Source: an uncultured Halieaceae bacterium
GTDB taxonomy: Bacteria > Pseudomonadota > Gammaproteobacteria > Pseudomonadales > Halieaceae
Length of the DNA stretch: 64,000 nucleotides
Assembly: GCA_913051825.1 (NCBI GenBank)
Contig: CAJXCR010000002.1
Location: forward strand, 2,144 to 66,143
Direction of reading: 5' to 3'
Shown here: in pieces, positions 50,657-59,904 of the stretch
Layout of the letters: the number at the start of each line of letters is the position of its first letter
Numbering within the stretch: position 1 is the stretch's first letter
Made by a program: the position numbers and the translations under genes
Notes under the pieces: generated by a model
Databases searched by the model: none
What the model was told of the DNA's origin: nothing
What the model saw: only the letters and a program-made list of their open reading frames with translations

Positions 50657-51856
50657 ATGACCCCTTCAAAAATCAGACCTCTCGAAGGTATTAGAGTAAT
50701 TGAGCTTGGACAGCTTTTAGCCGGTCCGTTTTCAGGCACAATGTTGGCTTATTTCGGGGCCGAAGTTATAAAAGTAGAACCACCCGGTGGTGATCCCATA
50801 CGTGGTTGGAGGGTAGTTAAAGATGGCGCATCGCTTTGGTATAGAAGTCTCGGACGAAACAAAAAAAGTGTAACTTTAGACCTTAAATCTGAAAAAGGTC
50901 GCGAATTGGTGCTTCAGTTATTTGATTCAGCTGATGTGGTGGTAGAAAATTTTCGGCCAGGAGCTATGGAATCCTGGGGACTTGGTCCAGATGTAGCTAA
51001 AAAGCGCAATCCAGGATTGATATACGCTAGAATTTCAGGCTACGGACAGACAGGACCTTATTCTGAAAAACCAGGTTACGCGTCTGTGACCGAAGGTTTT
51101 GGTGGATTTAGATATATTAATGGCGAACCTGGGAAAGCCCCGGTTCGACCAAACATTTCTTTGGGAGATACGGTATCTGCAATTCACGCTGCATTAGGCG
51201 TAACGCTAGCAATTATAGCGCGAGAAAAAAGTGGTGAAGGTCAGGTTGTTGATGTGGCGTTGTACGAGTCTATTTTCAATCTTATGGAAGGTATTGTTCC
51301 TGAGTACGATGGTGGAGGTGTTGTTCGAGAACCTTCCGGAACGACCATCACTGGGATAGTGCCTACAAATACTTATCCTTGTAGGGATGGAAAATTTGTA
51401 GTTATTGGTGGGAATGGCGACTCTATTTTTAAGCGACTAATGATTGCCGCTGGTCGTCCAGATATGTCAGAAAATCCTGAAATGACAGATAATTCCGGTC
51501 GTTTGAAGCACGAAGATGAAATTGACGAAGCTTTAGGCGAGTGGTGTAAGACATTGTTAGCAAAGGAAGTTATTGATATTTTGGAGGAGGCACGTGTTCC
51601 TGTTGGCCCTATCTACAGTGTTGAAGATATGATGGAGGACCCTCACTATCAAGCGCGTGGTATGTTCGAGCGAGTAGAGATAGATGGGAAACCCTTGCAA
51701 ATTCCTGCAATAATGCCACTGCTCGAAGAGACTCCAGGTCGAACAGATTGGCCGGGAGGTGACATTGGCAGCCATAACAAAGAGATACTAGGAGGCTTGC
51801 TTGATCTCAGCGAAGAAGATATGGATAAACTTCGTTCGGAAGGTGTAATAGGATAA
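50657..51856 (+). CDS. family III CoA-transferase (CaiB/BaiF type)
   Basis: 399 aa. LEGIRVIELGQLLAGPFSGTMLAYFGAEVIKVEPP and ENFRPG motifs. Confidence 0.88.
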   Translation: MTPSKIRPLEGIRVIELGQLLAGPFSGTMLAYFGAEVIKVEPPGGDPIRGWRVVKDGASLWYRSLGRNKKSVTLDLKSEKGRELVLQLFDSADVVVENFRPGAMESWGLGPDVAKKRNPGLIYARISGYGQTGPYSEKPGYASVTEGFGGFRYINGEPGKAPVRPNISLGDTVSAIHAALGVTLAIIAREKSGEGQVVDVALYESIFNLMEGIVPEYDGGGVVREPSGTTITGIVPTNTYPCRDGKFVVIGGNGDSIFKRLMIAAGRPDMSENPEMTDNSGRLKHEDEIDEALGEWCKTLLAKEVIDILEEARVPVGPIYSVEDMMEDPHYQARGMFERVEIDGKPLQIPAIMPLLEETPGRTDWPGGDIGSHNKEILGGLLDLSEEDMDKLRSEGVIG

Positions 51857-53005
51857 TTATTTTCCTAGCATAGTTCTTGCCACAAGTTCTCTCATTATCT
51901 CTGAGGATCCGCCATAGATTCGCTGGACTCGTGCATCTAAAAAGAAGCGTGAGATTGGGTACTCTGTCGTATATCCGTAGCCGCCGAAGAGTTGCAAGCA
52001 TTCATCAATAGCCTTGCACTGCATCTCGCAACTGGCTAACTTAAGCATAGCTGCTTCGTCAGCCGTCAATAGGCTCTTGCCGTAGTCATTAGAGGCCTTT
52101 TCATAAAGTGCTCGGTTAAGCGCAATCTCTGTTTTAACGTCCGCAAGCTTAAAGCGCGTGTTTTGATGTGTTGCTAAAGTTTCCCCAAAGGTCTTGCGCT
52201 CTTTTACATATTCGACGGTTAGCTTTAGTGCTCCTTCAGCAGAAGCAATAGCCTGCGCTGCGATTCCAAGTCTTTCTCTGGGGAGCTCTTCCATCATGAT
52301 GACAAAGCCTTTATTTAAGTTGCCAAGTAGAGCGCTTTTATCTAGACGAATATCTTGGAAGAACAACAAGGCCGTATCAGATGAATGCTGACCAATCTTG
52401 TCAATCTTTTTACTTTTCTCAAAGCCAGGAAGTTTTGCATCGACTAAAAATAGGGAGATGCCTTTAGCACCCATGCCGGGCTCCGTGATCGCGGCGACAA
52501 CAACTAAATCTGCATGAATACCATTGGTTATAAATATCTTCGAGCCATTTAGTACCCAGTCTTCGCCATCTTTTACTGCATTAGTTTTAATTCCTTGAAC
52601 ATCAGAGCCCGCTCCTGGTTCTGTCATCGCTAGAGCTCCAACCACTTCGCCAGACACCATTTTGGGAAGCCAGTTTAATTTTTGCTCTTCTGTACCATGT
52701 CTTGAAATATAGGGAGCTACAATGTTTGAATGAATGCCATAACCGGTCGCGAGTCCTCCGAAACCCATTTGAGACAATTCTTCTATTAATGCAAGTGTAA
52801 CGTGAGGCGTTGTGCCCGAGCCTCCATATTCTTCAGCAACATCCGGACAAAGAAGGCCTGCGGAACCCATAGTATTCCAAATCGTCCTTGGCATTTCTTT
52901 TTCAGATTCCCACTGCTCAAAGTAAGGAGCTATTTCTGTTTGAAACGCACGTCGAGCCATGTCTCGAAATAGAATCATTTCGTCGTTTGAAATTGCCTGA
53001 TTCAT
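51857..53005 (-). CDS. acyl-CoA dehydrogenase
   Basis: 382 aa. ACAD N/M/C-domain pattern (ALAMTEPGAGSD, FITNG, QLFGGYGYTTEYPISRFFLDARVQRIYGGSSEI). Confidence 0.9.
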   Translation of the reverse strand: MNQAISNDEMILFRDMARRAFQTEIAPYFEQWESEKEMPRTIWNTMGSAGLLCPDVAEEYGGSGTTPHVTLALIEELSQMGFGGLATGYGIHSNIVAPYISRHGTEEQKLNWLPKMVSGEVVGALAMTEPGAGSDVQGIKTNAVKDGEDWVLNGSKIFITNGIHADLVVVAAITEPGMGAKGISLFLVDAKLPGFEKSKKIDKIGQHSSDTALLFFQDIRLDKSALLGNLNKGFVIMMEELPRERLGIAAQAIASAEGALKLTVEYVKERKTFGETLATHQNTRFKLADVKTEIALNRALYEKASNDYGKSLLTADEAAMLKLASCEMQCKAIDECLQLFGGYGYTTEYPISRFFLDARVQRIYGGSSEIMRELVARTMLGK

Positions 53006-53194
53006 TTTTGTAACTCCGCATTAAGGCCCAAATACCGCTCAACCATATCACTTATAAAACTTTTCACCATTTCTTTATTAATCAATAGAGGCCAATTTAT
53101 TGGATATTTGGGCAGGCGAATCTATTGTTCAAGCGAGCTTCGCTTATTGATATGATACCAAAGTGTTTCTAATTTATTAATATCAGGAGAAATT

Positions 53195-54622
53195 ATGCGC
53201 GACTATCACCAATTCTATATAAACGGTGAATGGGTAAGTCCATTACAACCAAATTCCTTTGATGTAATTAACCCTGCAACAGAGACTGTCTGTGCACAAA
53301 TTTCTCTTGGATCAGAGAAAGATATTGATTTAGCGGTAGAGGCTGCAAAAACTGCATTTCAGTCATTTGGTAAAACCTCTATTAAAGAGCGGCTGGAGCT
53401 TTTGGAGTCTTGCGTAGAGATCTACAAGAAATATTACGATGATATTGCAGATGCTATCCAGGAAGAAATGGGAGCACCATCCAAATTAGCTCAAAAATCA
53501 CAGGCTCATACAGGTCTTGGGCATCTTCAAGAAGCAGCTAGGGTGTTGGAGAACTTTGAGTTCGAAGAGGATTTTGGTGCGCATAGAGTCTTTAAGGAGC
53601 CCATAGGAGTATGTGGACTAATCACCCCTTGGAACTGGCCCGTTAATCAAATTGGCTGCAAGGTGGCGCCAGCGTTAGCGGTGGGGTGCACGATGATTTT
53701 AAAACCCAGTGAAATCGCACCGTTATCTGCCTATATTTGGACGCAGGTTATGCACGAAGCCGGCGTTCCTGCGGGAGTATTCAATATGGTAAATGGTGAC
53801 GGTGCTACAGCAGGCACAGCGCTTTCTAGTCACCCTGATGTCGATATGATGTCTTTTACTGGATCAACTAGAGCGGGAAGTCTTGTTGCGCAAAATGCTG
53901 CTCCAACGGTTAAACGTGTTACACAGGAATTAGGAGGAAAGTCACCTAACATTATTTTAGATGATGCAGATCTAGAGGCCGCTGTAACTGGGGGACTATT
54001 GCACATGTACAATAATACAGGGCAGTCATGTAATGCGCCGTCTAGGATGCTTATCCCTGCAGATAAGCTAGCCGAAGCTGAGTCAATCGCTATACGTGTT
54101 AGTGAAAAAGTGGTGGTCGGCGATCCTACTGCTGAAGGGGTTACTATGGGTCCAGTAGTTTCCGACATACAGTTCGATAAAATACAGACTTTGATTAAGA
54201 AAGGGATAGAGGAGGGTGCCAAGTTGGTTTGTGGGGGACCCGGTAGGCCAGATGAATGTGAGATCGGTTACTTCATTCGACCTACGGTTTTCTCTGATGC
54301 AAACAATGATATGACCATCGCACGGGAAGAGATCTTTGGTCCTGTCCTCGTTATGATTCCATATCAGACTGAAGAGGAAGCGATCGAGATAGCTAATGAT
54401 ACTCCTTATGGTTTGGCGGGCTATATTCAAAGTGGAAATATTGAGCGGGCGCGTACCGTTGCATCGCGCATACGTGCGGGTAATGTTCATATAAATGGTG
54501 CTTCTGGGGGATACGATGTGCCTTTTGGTGGATTCAAGCAATCTGGCAATGGTCGAGAGTGGGGGTCACACGGTTTTACGGATTATTTAGAAATAAAGGC
54601 CGTTGAAGGGTATGCCAGTTAA
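53195..54622 (+). CDS. NAD(P)-dependent aldehyde dehydrogenase
   Basis: 475 aa. ITPWNWP, FTGSTRAG, ELGGKSP, EEIFGPV and a catalytic Cys context (GQSCNAPSR). Confidence 0.9.
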   Translation: MRDYHQFYINGEWVSPLQPNSFDVINPATETVCAQISLGSEKDIDLAVEAAKTAFQSFGKTSIKERLELLESCVEIYKKYYDDIADAIQEEMGAPSKLAQKSQAHTGLGHLQEAARVLENFEFEEDFGAHRVFKEPIGVCGLITPWNWPVNQIGCKVAPALAVGCTMILKPSEIAPLSAYIWTQVMHEAGVPAGVFNMVNGDGATAGTALSSHPDVDMMSFTGSTRAGSLVAQNAAPTVKRVTQELGGKSPNIILDDADLEAAVTGGLLHMYNNTGQSCNAPSRMLIPADKLAEAESIAIRVSEKVVVGDPTAEGVTMGPVVSDIQFDKIQTLIKKGIEEGAKLVCGGPGRPDECEIGYFIRPTVFSDANNDMTIAREEIFGPVLVMIPYQTEEEAIEIANDTPYGLAGYIQSGNIERARTVASRIRAGNVHINGASGGYDVPFGGFKQSGNGREWGSHGFTDYLEIKAVEGYAS

Positions 54623-56118
54623 TGGCGTCATTTGTTCTCGCTATTGATCAGGGCACGACCGGAACAACTGCGGCCTTGATGGATGAGAGTGGTCGGGTGC
54701 GAGCAAAGGTTAATACAGAGTTTGCGCAGATGTACCCCAAACCTGGTTGGGTAGAACATTCTCCAGACGATATCTGGAAATCGGTAGTGCGTTCGGTTAA
54801 GTCAATTATGCAAAAGCAAATCTGTCGCCCTTCAAACATCGTCGCAATTGGCATCACAAACCAAAGGGAGACTGCGCTTCTTTGGGATCGATTTACCTCA
54901 CAACCCTTTAACAACGCGATTGTGTGGCAGTGTAGACGAACGACTGATTTCTGTAATTCCCTCAAGAAGTCAGGAGTCGAAGGTATGGTTAAAAGACGTT
55001 CTGGCCTTCTCCTAGATCCATATTTTTCTGGTAGTAAATTCAGATGGTTGATTAAAAATACGCCTGGTGTAGCGACCAAACTGCGGAAGGGTAGAGTGAT
55101 TGCTGGCACCATTGATAGCTATTTGTTGTGGAGATTAACCGGAGGTCAGGTTCATGTAACCGATGTTACCAATGCTTCACGTACATCGCTGATGAATCTC
55201 TCTTCGTTATCTTGGGATAAAGAGCTGCTATCAGTTTTCGAGATTCCTAGAGACATACTTCCTCGCATTTGTGCGAGCAGTGGAATAATGGGTAGTACAT
55301 TAGGTTTTCCAGGACTTCCTGATGGGATACCGATTTCCGGAGTGGCAGGCGATCAGCAGGCGGCGTTATTTGGGCAGACTTGTTTTAATGTTGGTGATGT
55401 AAAATGTACCTTTGGTACGGGTTCATTTATTTTGATGAATACGGGCGAGAAAAAACTTCAATCTAAGACTAATTTGTTAACAACCGTAGCGTGGCAGTTA
55501 GAGAAAGATAAAAGAGCAACATATGCGATAGAGGGTGGTGCGTTTGTTTGTGGAGCAGCGGTGCAATGGATTCGCGATGGACTTAAATTTATCTCTAAAG
55601 CTTCAGATATAGAGCGCCTTGCAAATGAAGTGATTGACCATAATGGGGTTGAATTTGTACCAGCTCTTACGGGCCTAGGTGCACCTCATTGGAGTCCTGA
55701 GGCGAGAGGTACTGTTACAGGATTGACGCGTGGTACAGAACGTGGACACATTGCAAGAGCAACTTTAGATGCAATGGCTCTTCAAAATATGGACATAATC
55801 ACCGCAATGGAACGAGATTTGGGTAAGCGAGTAAAAGGTCTCAAGGTAGATGGTGGGGCATCAGAAAATAACTTGCTTATGCAAATTCAAGCTGATGTTG
55901 TTGGGCGACAGCTAATTCGACCTGCTCTGACAGAATCCACTGTAGCAGGCGCATGTTACCTTGCAGGACTTGGAGTAGAATTATGGAAAGGGAAAAAGAT
56001 GCTGCGTGAAATTTGGAAGGCGGATCGCGTATTTAAAGTCTCATGGACTCAGAAAAAACGTGCACAACGTATAAAAAGTTGGCGAGCCGCTATTCAGAAG
56101 ACTACTCTGGAGTCTTGA
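54622..56118 (+). CDS. glpK: glycerol kinase (FGGY family)
   Basis: 498 aa. LAIDQGTTGTTAAL...YPKPGWVEHSPDDIW matches the E. coli GlpK N-terminus closely. Also ITNQRETALLWD and GDQQAALFGQ. The ATG overlaps the ALDH stop (TAATG). Confidence 0.9.
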   Translation: MASFVLAIDQGTTGTTAALMDESGRVRAKVNTEFAQMYPKPGWVEHSPDDIWKSVVRSVKSIMQKQICRPSNIVAIGITNQRETALLWDRFTSQPFNNAIVWQCRRTTDFCNSLKKSGVEGMVKRRSGLLLDPYFSGSKFRWLIKNTPGVATKLRKGRVIAGTIDSYLLWRLTGGQVHVTDVTNASRTSLMNLSSLSWDKELLSVFEIPRDILPRICASSGIMGSTLGFPGLPDGIPISGVAGDQQAALFGQTCFNVGDVKCTFGTGSFILMNTGEKKLQSKTNLLTTVAWQLEKDKRATYAIEGGAFVCGAAVQWIRDGLKFISKASDIERLANEVIDHNGVEFVPALTGLGAPHWSPEARGTVTGLTRGTERGHIARATLDAMALQNMDIITAMERDLGKRVKGLKVDGGASENNLLMQIQADVVGRQLIRPALTESTVAGACYLAGLGVELWKGKKMLREIWKADRVFKVSWTQKKRAQRIKSWRAAIQKTTLES

Positions 56119-56185
56119 AAAAATTAATCAAAGGGTTAGATCAAAAAAATTTAGCTTATTGACGCAATATAAAAGGAGATTTTGA

Positions 56186-57523
56186 ATGACGTCAATGATT
56201 TATCCGACAACAAATCCTCTTGCCATAGAACAATTGGTTCTTGAGAGAGGTGAAGGAGTATATGTTTTTGATAGCAATGGTAAGCGTTATTTAGAAGGTC
56301 TGGCCGGACTCTGGTGCACGTCTCTTGGTTATGGAAATGAGGAAATAATTCAGGTAGCTCAAGAGCAGATGAGAAAATTTACCTTCTGTCATTTATTTGG
56401 GGGGAAAAGTCATCCCTCGGCAATTGAGCTTTCTGAAAAGCTCGCCTCTATAGCGCCGATTGATGATGCGAGAGTGTTTCTTGGGACATCCGGTTCAGAT
56501 GCCAACGACACCCAGATAAAAAATCTAAGATATTATTTTAATGCCATAGGCAAGCCTGAGAAACGTAAAATTATCTCCAGAGACAAGGGATATCATGGTG
56601 TGACCGTCGCTTCAGCTAGCCTCACAGGTTTGTCTGCTATGCACACCCATTTTGATCTTCCTGTTGATGCTCTTGGTATTTTGAGAACAACTTGTCCTCA
56701 CTATTATCGAGAAGGAAAACCTGGTGAATCAGAGTCTGAATTTAGTTCTAGGCTTGCTGAGGAACTAGAATCATTAATTATTAAGGAAGATCCTAATACG
56801 ATTGCAGCATTTATTGCAGAACCCGTGTGTGGTGCAGGTGGGGTCATAGTGCCTCCAGAAGGCTACTTTGAAAAGATTCAGGTAATCTTGAATAAGTACG
56901 ACATCTTTCTTTGGGATGATGAAGTGATTTGTGGATTTGGTCGTTTGGGAAGTGACTTTGGCGCGACCAAGCTTGGAATGAAGCCTGATCTAATGTCTTG
57001 TGCAAAAGCGCTTTCTTCAGCGTATGTTCCGATGAGTGCTGCAATTGTAACTGGTGAAATGCATGATGCCATGTCTGAGCAGGCGGCGGATGTTGGAATA
57101 TATGGCCATGGATATACTTATGGCGGTCATCCTTTGGGTTGCGCGGTAGCCGTTAAGGTGCTGGAGATTTATGAGCGAGACAATATTTTTGATCATGCAC
57201 AAAAGATGGGTGATTATTTGCAACCGAGGCTTAGAGAGCTACAGGAACATCCATTGGTCGGAGAAGTGAGAGGAATGGGCCTGATTGGAGCTCTAGAGCT
57301 TGTTTCCGATAAGGAATCAAAAAGACCATTTGAGACAAACTCCGTGGGAGCTTTCTGTCAAAAATCAGCGCAAGAAGAAGGACTAATCGTGAGAGGCCTA
57401 GCTGGAAATAATATCGCTCTATGCCCGCCATTAATCATCAATGAGAAACAAATTGATGAATTGCTCGAGAAGCTTTCAATAGCCCTTGATAGGACTCTAG
57501 ATTATGCAAAAACAGAAAATTAA
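56186..57523 (+). CDS. class III aminotransferase (putrescine/omega-amine:pyruvate type)
   Basis: 445 aa. GLAGLWCTSLGYGNEEI, GYHGVT, DEVICGFGRLG and HGYTYGGHPLGCAVA motifs. AAAGGAG Shine-Dalgarno. Confidence 0.85.
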   Translation: MTSMIYPTTNPLAIEQLVLERGEGVYVFDSNGKRYLEGLAGLWCTSLGYGNEEIIQVAQEQMRKFTFCHLFGGKSHPSAIELSEKLASIAPIDDARVFLGTSGSDANDTQIKNLRYYFNAIGKPEKRKIISRDKGYHGVTVASASLTGLSAMHTHFDLPVDALGILRTTCPHYYREGKPGESESEFSSRLAEELESLIIKEDPNTIAAFIAEPVCGAGGVIVPPEGYFEKIQVILNKYDIFLWDDEVICGFGRLGSDFGATKLGMKPDLMSCAKALSSAYVPMSAAIVTGEMHDAMSEQAADVGIYGHGYTYGGHPLGCAVAVKVLEIYERDNIFDHAQKMGDYLQPRLRELQEHPLVGEVRGMGLIGALELVSDKESKRPFETNSVGAFCQKSAQEEGLIVRGLAGNNIALCPPLIINEKQIDELLEKLSIALDRTLDYAKTEN

Positions 57524-57533
57524 TAGTCTGGTT

Positions 57534-58991
57534 TTAGCGATCAAGTCCACCCATTAAGATGTATTTAATTTCAAGGTAATCGTCGACCCCATATTTCGAT
57601 CCCTCTCTTCCAGATCCCGATTCTTTCATACCACCAAATGGAGCCATTTCGTTCGAGATAATGCCTTCATTTATTCCCACGATGCCGTAGTCTAAAGCCT
57701 CCGAAACTCTCCACACCCGACCCACATCACGTGTGTAGAAGTAAGCCGCAAGTCCAAATTCAGTATCATTAGCGAGACTTATGGCCTCAGCTTCAGATGA
57801 GAAGCGAACAAGTGGTGCGACAGGTCCAAAAATCTCATTTCGAAAAACAGGCATCTCGGAGGATACTTCATTTAGGATAGTGGGCTGGTAAAAACATCCG
57901 CCAAGCGGGTGAGGGCTGCCGCCACAGATTAGTTCAGCGCCCGATCTTACAGATGCTTGCACAAGCTTATCAACATCTCTAACCGCTTTTTCGTTAATAA
58001 GCGGGCCAATACTTATATGGTCTTCAGCTCCATTGCCTATTGTAAGCTCCCTAGTGGCGGTCAAGAATTTTTCTAGAAATTCATCGTAAATTGCATCGTG
58101 CAGTAGAATTCGATTTGAGCAAACGCAAGTTTGCCCTGCGTTACGATATTTTGAGATCATCGCCCCCGCAACCGCAGCATCGATATCGGCATCTTCAAAA
58201 ACGATAAAAGGAGCATTGCCGCCAAGCTCCATAGAGGTCTTCTTCATAGTGCTGGCACATTGCGCTTCGAGCAGTTTACCAATCTCAGTGCTGCCGGTAA
58301 AAGTAAGCTTTCTTACAATTGGATTGCTGGTCATTTCGGCACCAATCTCTGAAGAATTTCCTGCTAGGATGTTGATGACACCCTTTGGTATTCCAGCCCT
58401 CATCGAAAGTTCTCCCATCGCCAACGCTGATAAGGGGGTCTCAGATGCAGGCTTAATTACAATTGAACATCCAGCCGCGAGTGCTGGTGCTGCCTTTCTC
58501 GCAATCATTGCATTAGGAAAGTTCCAAGGAGTAATTGCGGCGACTACGCCGACTGGTTGTTTAATACAGACGATGCGCTTGTCCTTTGAAGGGCCAGGAA
58601 TAATGTCTCCATCGATCCTTTTCGCTTGCTCTCCAAACCATTCAATAAATGCGGCCCCGTATGCAATTTCTCCTCTTGATTCTGCCAATGTCTTTCCTTG
58701 CTCAGCTGTCATTATTTTGGCAAGGTCTTCCTGATTCGTAATCATTAATTCGAACCAAGTTCGTAGAAGGTTAGCTCTTGCTTTTGCCGGTAGATTCTTC
58801 CAATCCTCCATAGCGTCGGCGGAGGCATCAATGGCCATTTTCGTTTGATTAGCAGAGGACTTTGCAACTTCGGCAATAATGTCTCCTGTCGCTGGATTCT
58901 TCACGGGTAGAACATCATTAGTGTCGGATGATACCCATTCTCCATCTATCAGAGCGTTAGTTTTTAGAAGTGTCGTGTCATTAAGTTTCAT
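57534..58991 (-). CDS. gabD: succinate-semialdehyde dehydrogenase (NAD(P)+)
   Basis: 485 aa. The N-terminus MKLNDTTLLKTNALIDGEWV... and IAYGAAFIEWFGEQAKRIDGDIIP are nearly collinear with E. coli GabD. Also ELGGNAP and a GQTCVCSNR catalytic Cys. Confidence 0.9.
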   Translation of the reverse strand: MKLNDTTLLKTNALIDGEWVSSDTNDVLPVKNPATGDIIAEVAKSSANQTKMAIDASADAMEDWKNLPAKARANLLRTWFELMITNQEDLAKIMTAEQGKTLAESRGEIAYGAAFIEWFGEQAKRIDGDIIPGPSKDKRIVCIKQPVGVVAAITPWNFPNAMIARKAAPALAAGCSIVIKPASETPLSALAMGELSMRAGIPKGVINILAGNSSEIGAEMTSNPIVRKLTFTGSTEIGKLLEAQCASTMKKTSMELGGNAPFIVFEDADIDAAVAGAMISKYRNAGQTCVCSNRILLHDAIYDEFLEKFLTATRELTIGNGAEDHISIGPLINEKAVRDVDKLVQASVRSGAELICGGSPHPLGGCFYQPTILNEVSSEMPVFRNEIFGPVAPLVRFSSEAEAISLANDTEFGLAAYFYTRDVGRVWRVSEALDYGIVGINEGIISNEMAPFGGMKESGSGREGSKYGVDDYLEIKYILMGGLDR

Positions 58992-59058
58992 AATAATTTT
59001 AGCCGTTTATTTCTTATCGTTTTCTTAGTAAGAGTACCTTGCTGGAGTTTAATGAATC

Positions 59059-59904
59059 TCAATCTGCTTTAAGGAATTGGTTGTGGAAAGCTATGTGTTC
59101 GCCTATAAAGCTAGCGATAAAAAAATAGCTGTGGTCGTAGCCTTCTTGATAACGAATATATGCATCGTATCCCACCTCATCACAAGTCTTTTCCAAAATG
59201 CTTGTTTTCAGTTGTTCTTCAAGAAAATTATCAGTTGTGCCCTGATCAATTAAAGTTGGAAGTTGAGAGGCGCCATTCTTAATTAGTTCGTTAGCATCAT
59301 AGGTTTGCCAGACAAACTCTTCCTCACCAAGATAATTGGATAACGCTTTATTACCCCAAGGACACTGACTTGGAGCCACGATAGGGGAAAATGCCGACAC
59401 TGAGCGGTATCGGTCGGGATTTCGAAGGGCACATATCAGCGCTCCGTGTCCGCCCATGGAGTGACCCGAGATTGAGCAGCGTGATGAATCAATTGGCAGA
59501 TCACTTGTATTAATGAGCTGTGGTAGCTCTTCTGTTACATATTCATACATGTGATAATTTTTCTTCCATGGCTCCTGTGTGGCATTAACATAGAACCCTG
59601 CGCCTAGTCCGAAATCATATGATTCATCGGGATCATCGGGCACATTTTCTCCTCTGGGGCTTGTGTCTGGTGCCAGGATGGCAATACCGTACTCAGCCGC
59701 GTAACGCTGAGCCCCAGCTTTTTGCACAAAGTTTTCATCGGTGCACGTTAGTCCTGAAAGCCAGTATATCAAGGGTACATCATTCTTTTCCGATTGGGGT
59801 GGGAGGAAGAGGGCAAACTTCATTTCACACTGAAGACTCTGAGAAAAATGCTCAATTCTTATTTGTCTTCCGTTAAAGCACTGTACGGTCTCGATTGTTT
59901 TCAT
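59059..59904 (-). CDS. frmB: S-formylglutathione hydrolase (esterase D family)
   Basis: 281 aa. YWLSGLTCTDENF, GHSMGGHGAL and GYDHSYFFI motifs. Confidence 0.88.
   Translation of the reverse strand: MKTIETVQCFNGRQIRIEHFSQSLQCEMKFALFLPPQSEKNDVPLIYWLSGLTCTDENFVQKAGAQRYAAEYGIAILAPDTSPRGENVPDDPDESYDFGLGAGFYVNATQEPWKKNYHMYEYVTEELPQLINTSDLPIDSSRCSISGHSMGGHGALICALRNPDRYRSVSAFSPIVAPSQCPWGNKALSNYLGEEEFVWQTYDANELIKNGASQLPTLIDQGTTDNFLEEQLKTSILEKTCDEVGYDAYIRYQEGYDHSYFFIASFIGEHIAFHNQFLKAD

Noticed and set aside
58216-58734. 172-aa ORF on the + strand inside gabD
   Set aside because: It is antisense to a near-perfect GabD homolog. Its Ala/Ser/Pro-rich composition is typical of a shadow frame of a relatively GC-rich gene. 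The same reasoning applies to 53830..54222, 54083..54541, 54648..55112, 35689..36141, 4874..5317, 9836..10252, 2429..2698 and the other short antisense ORFs in the track.
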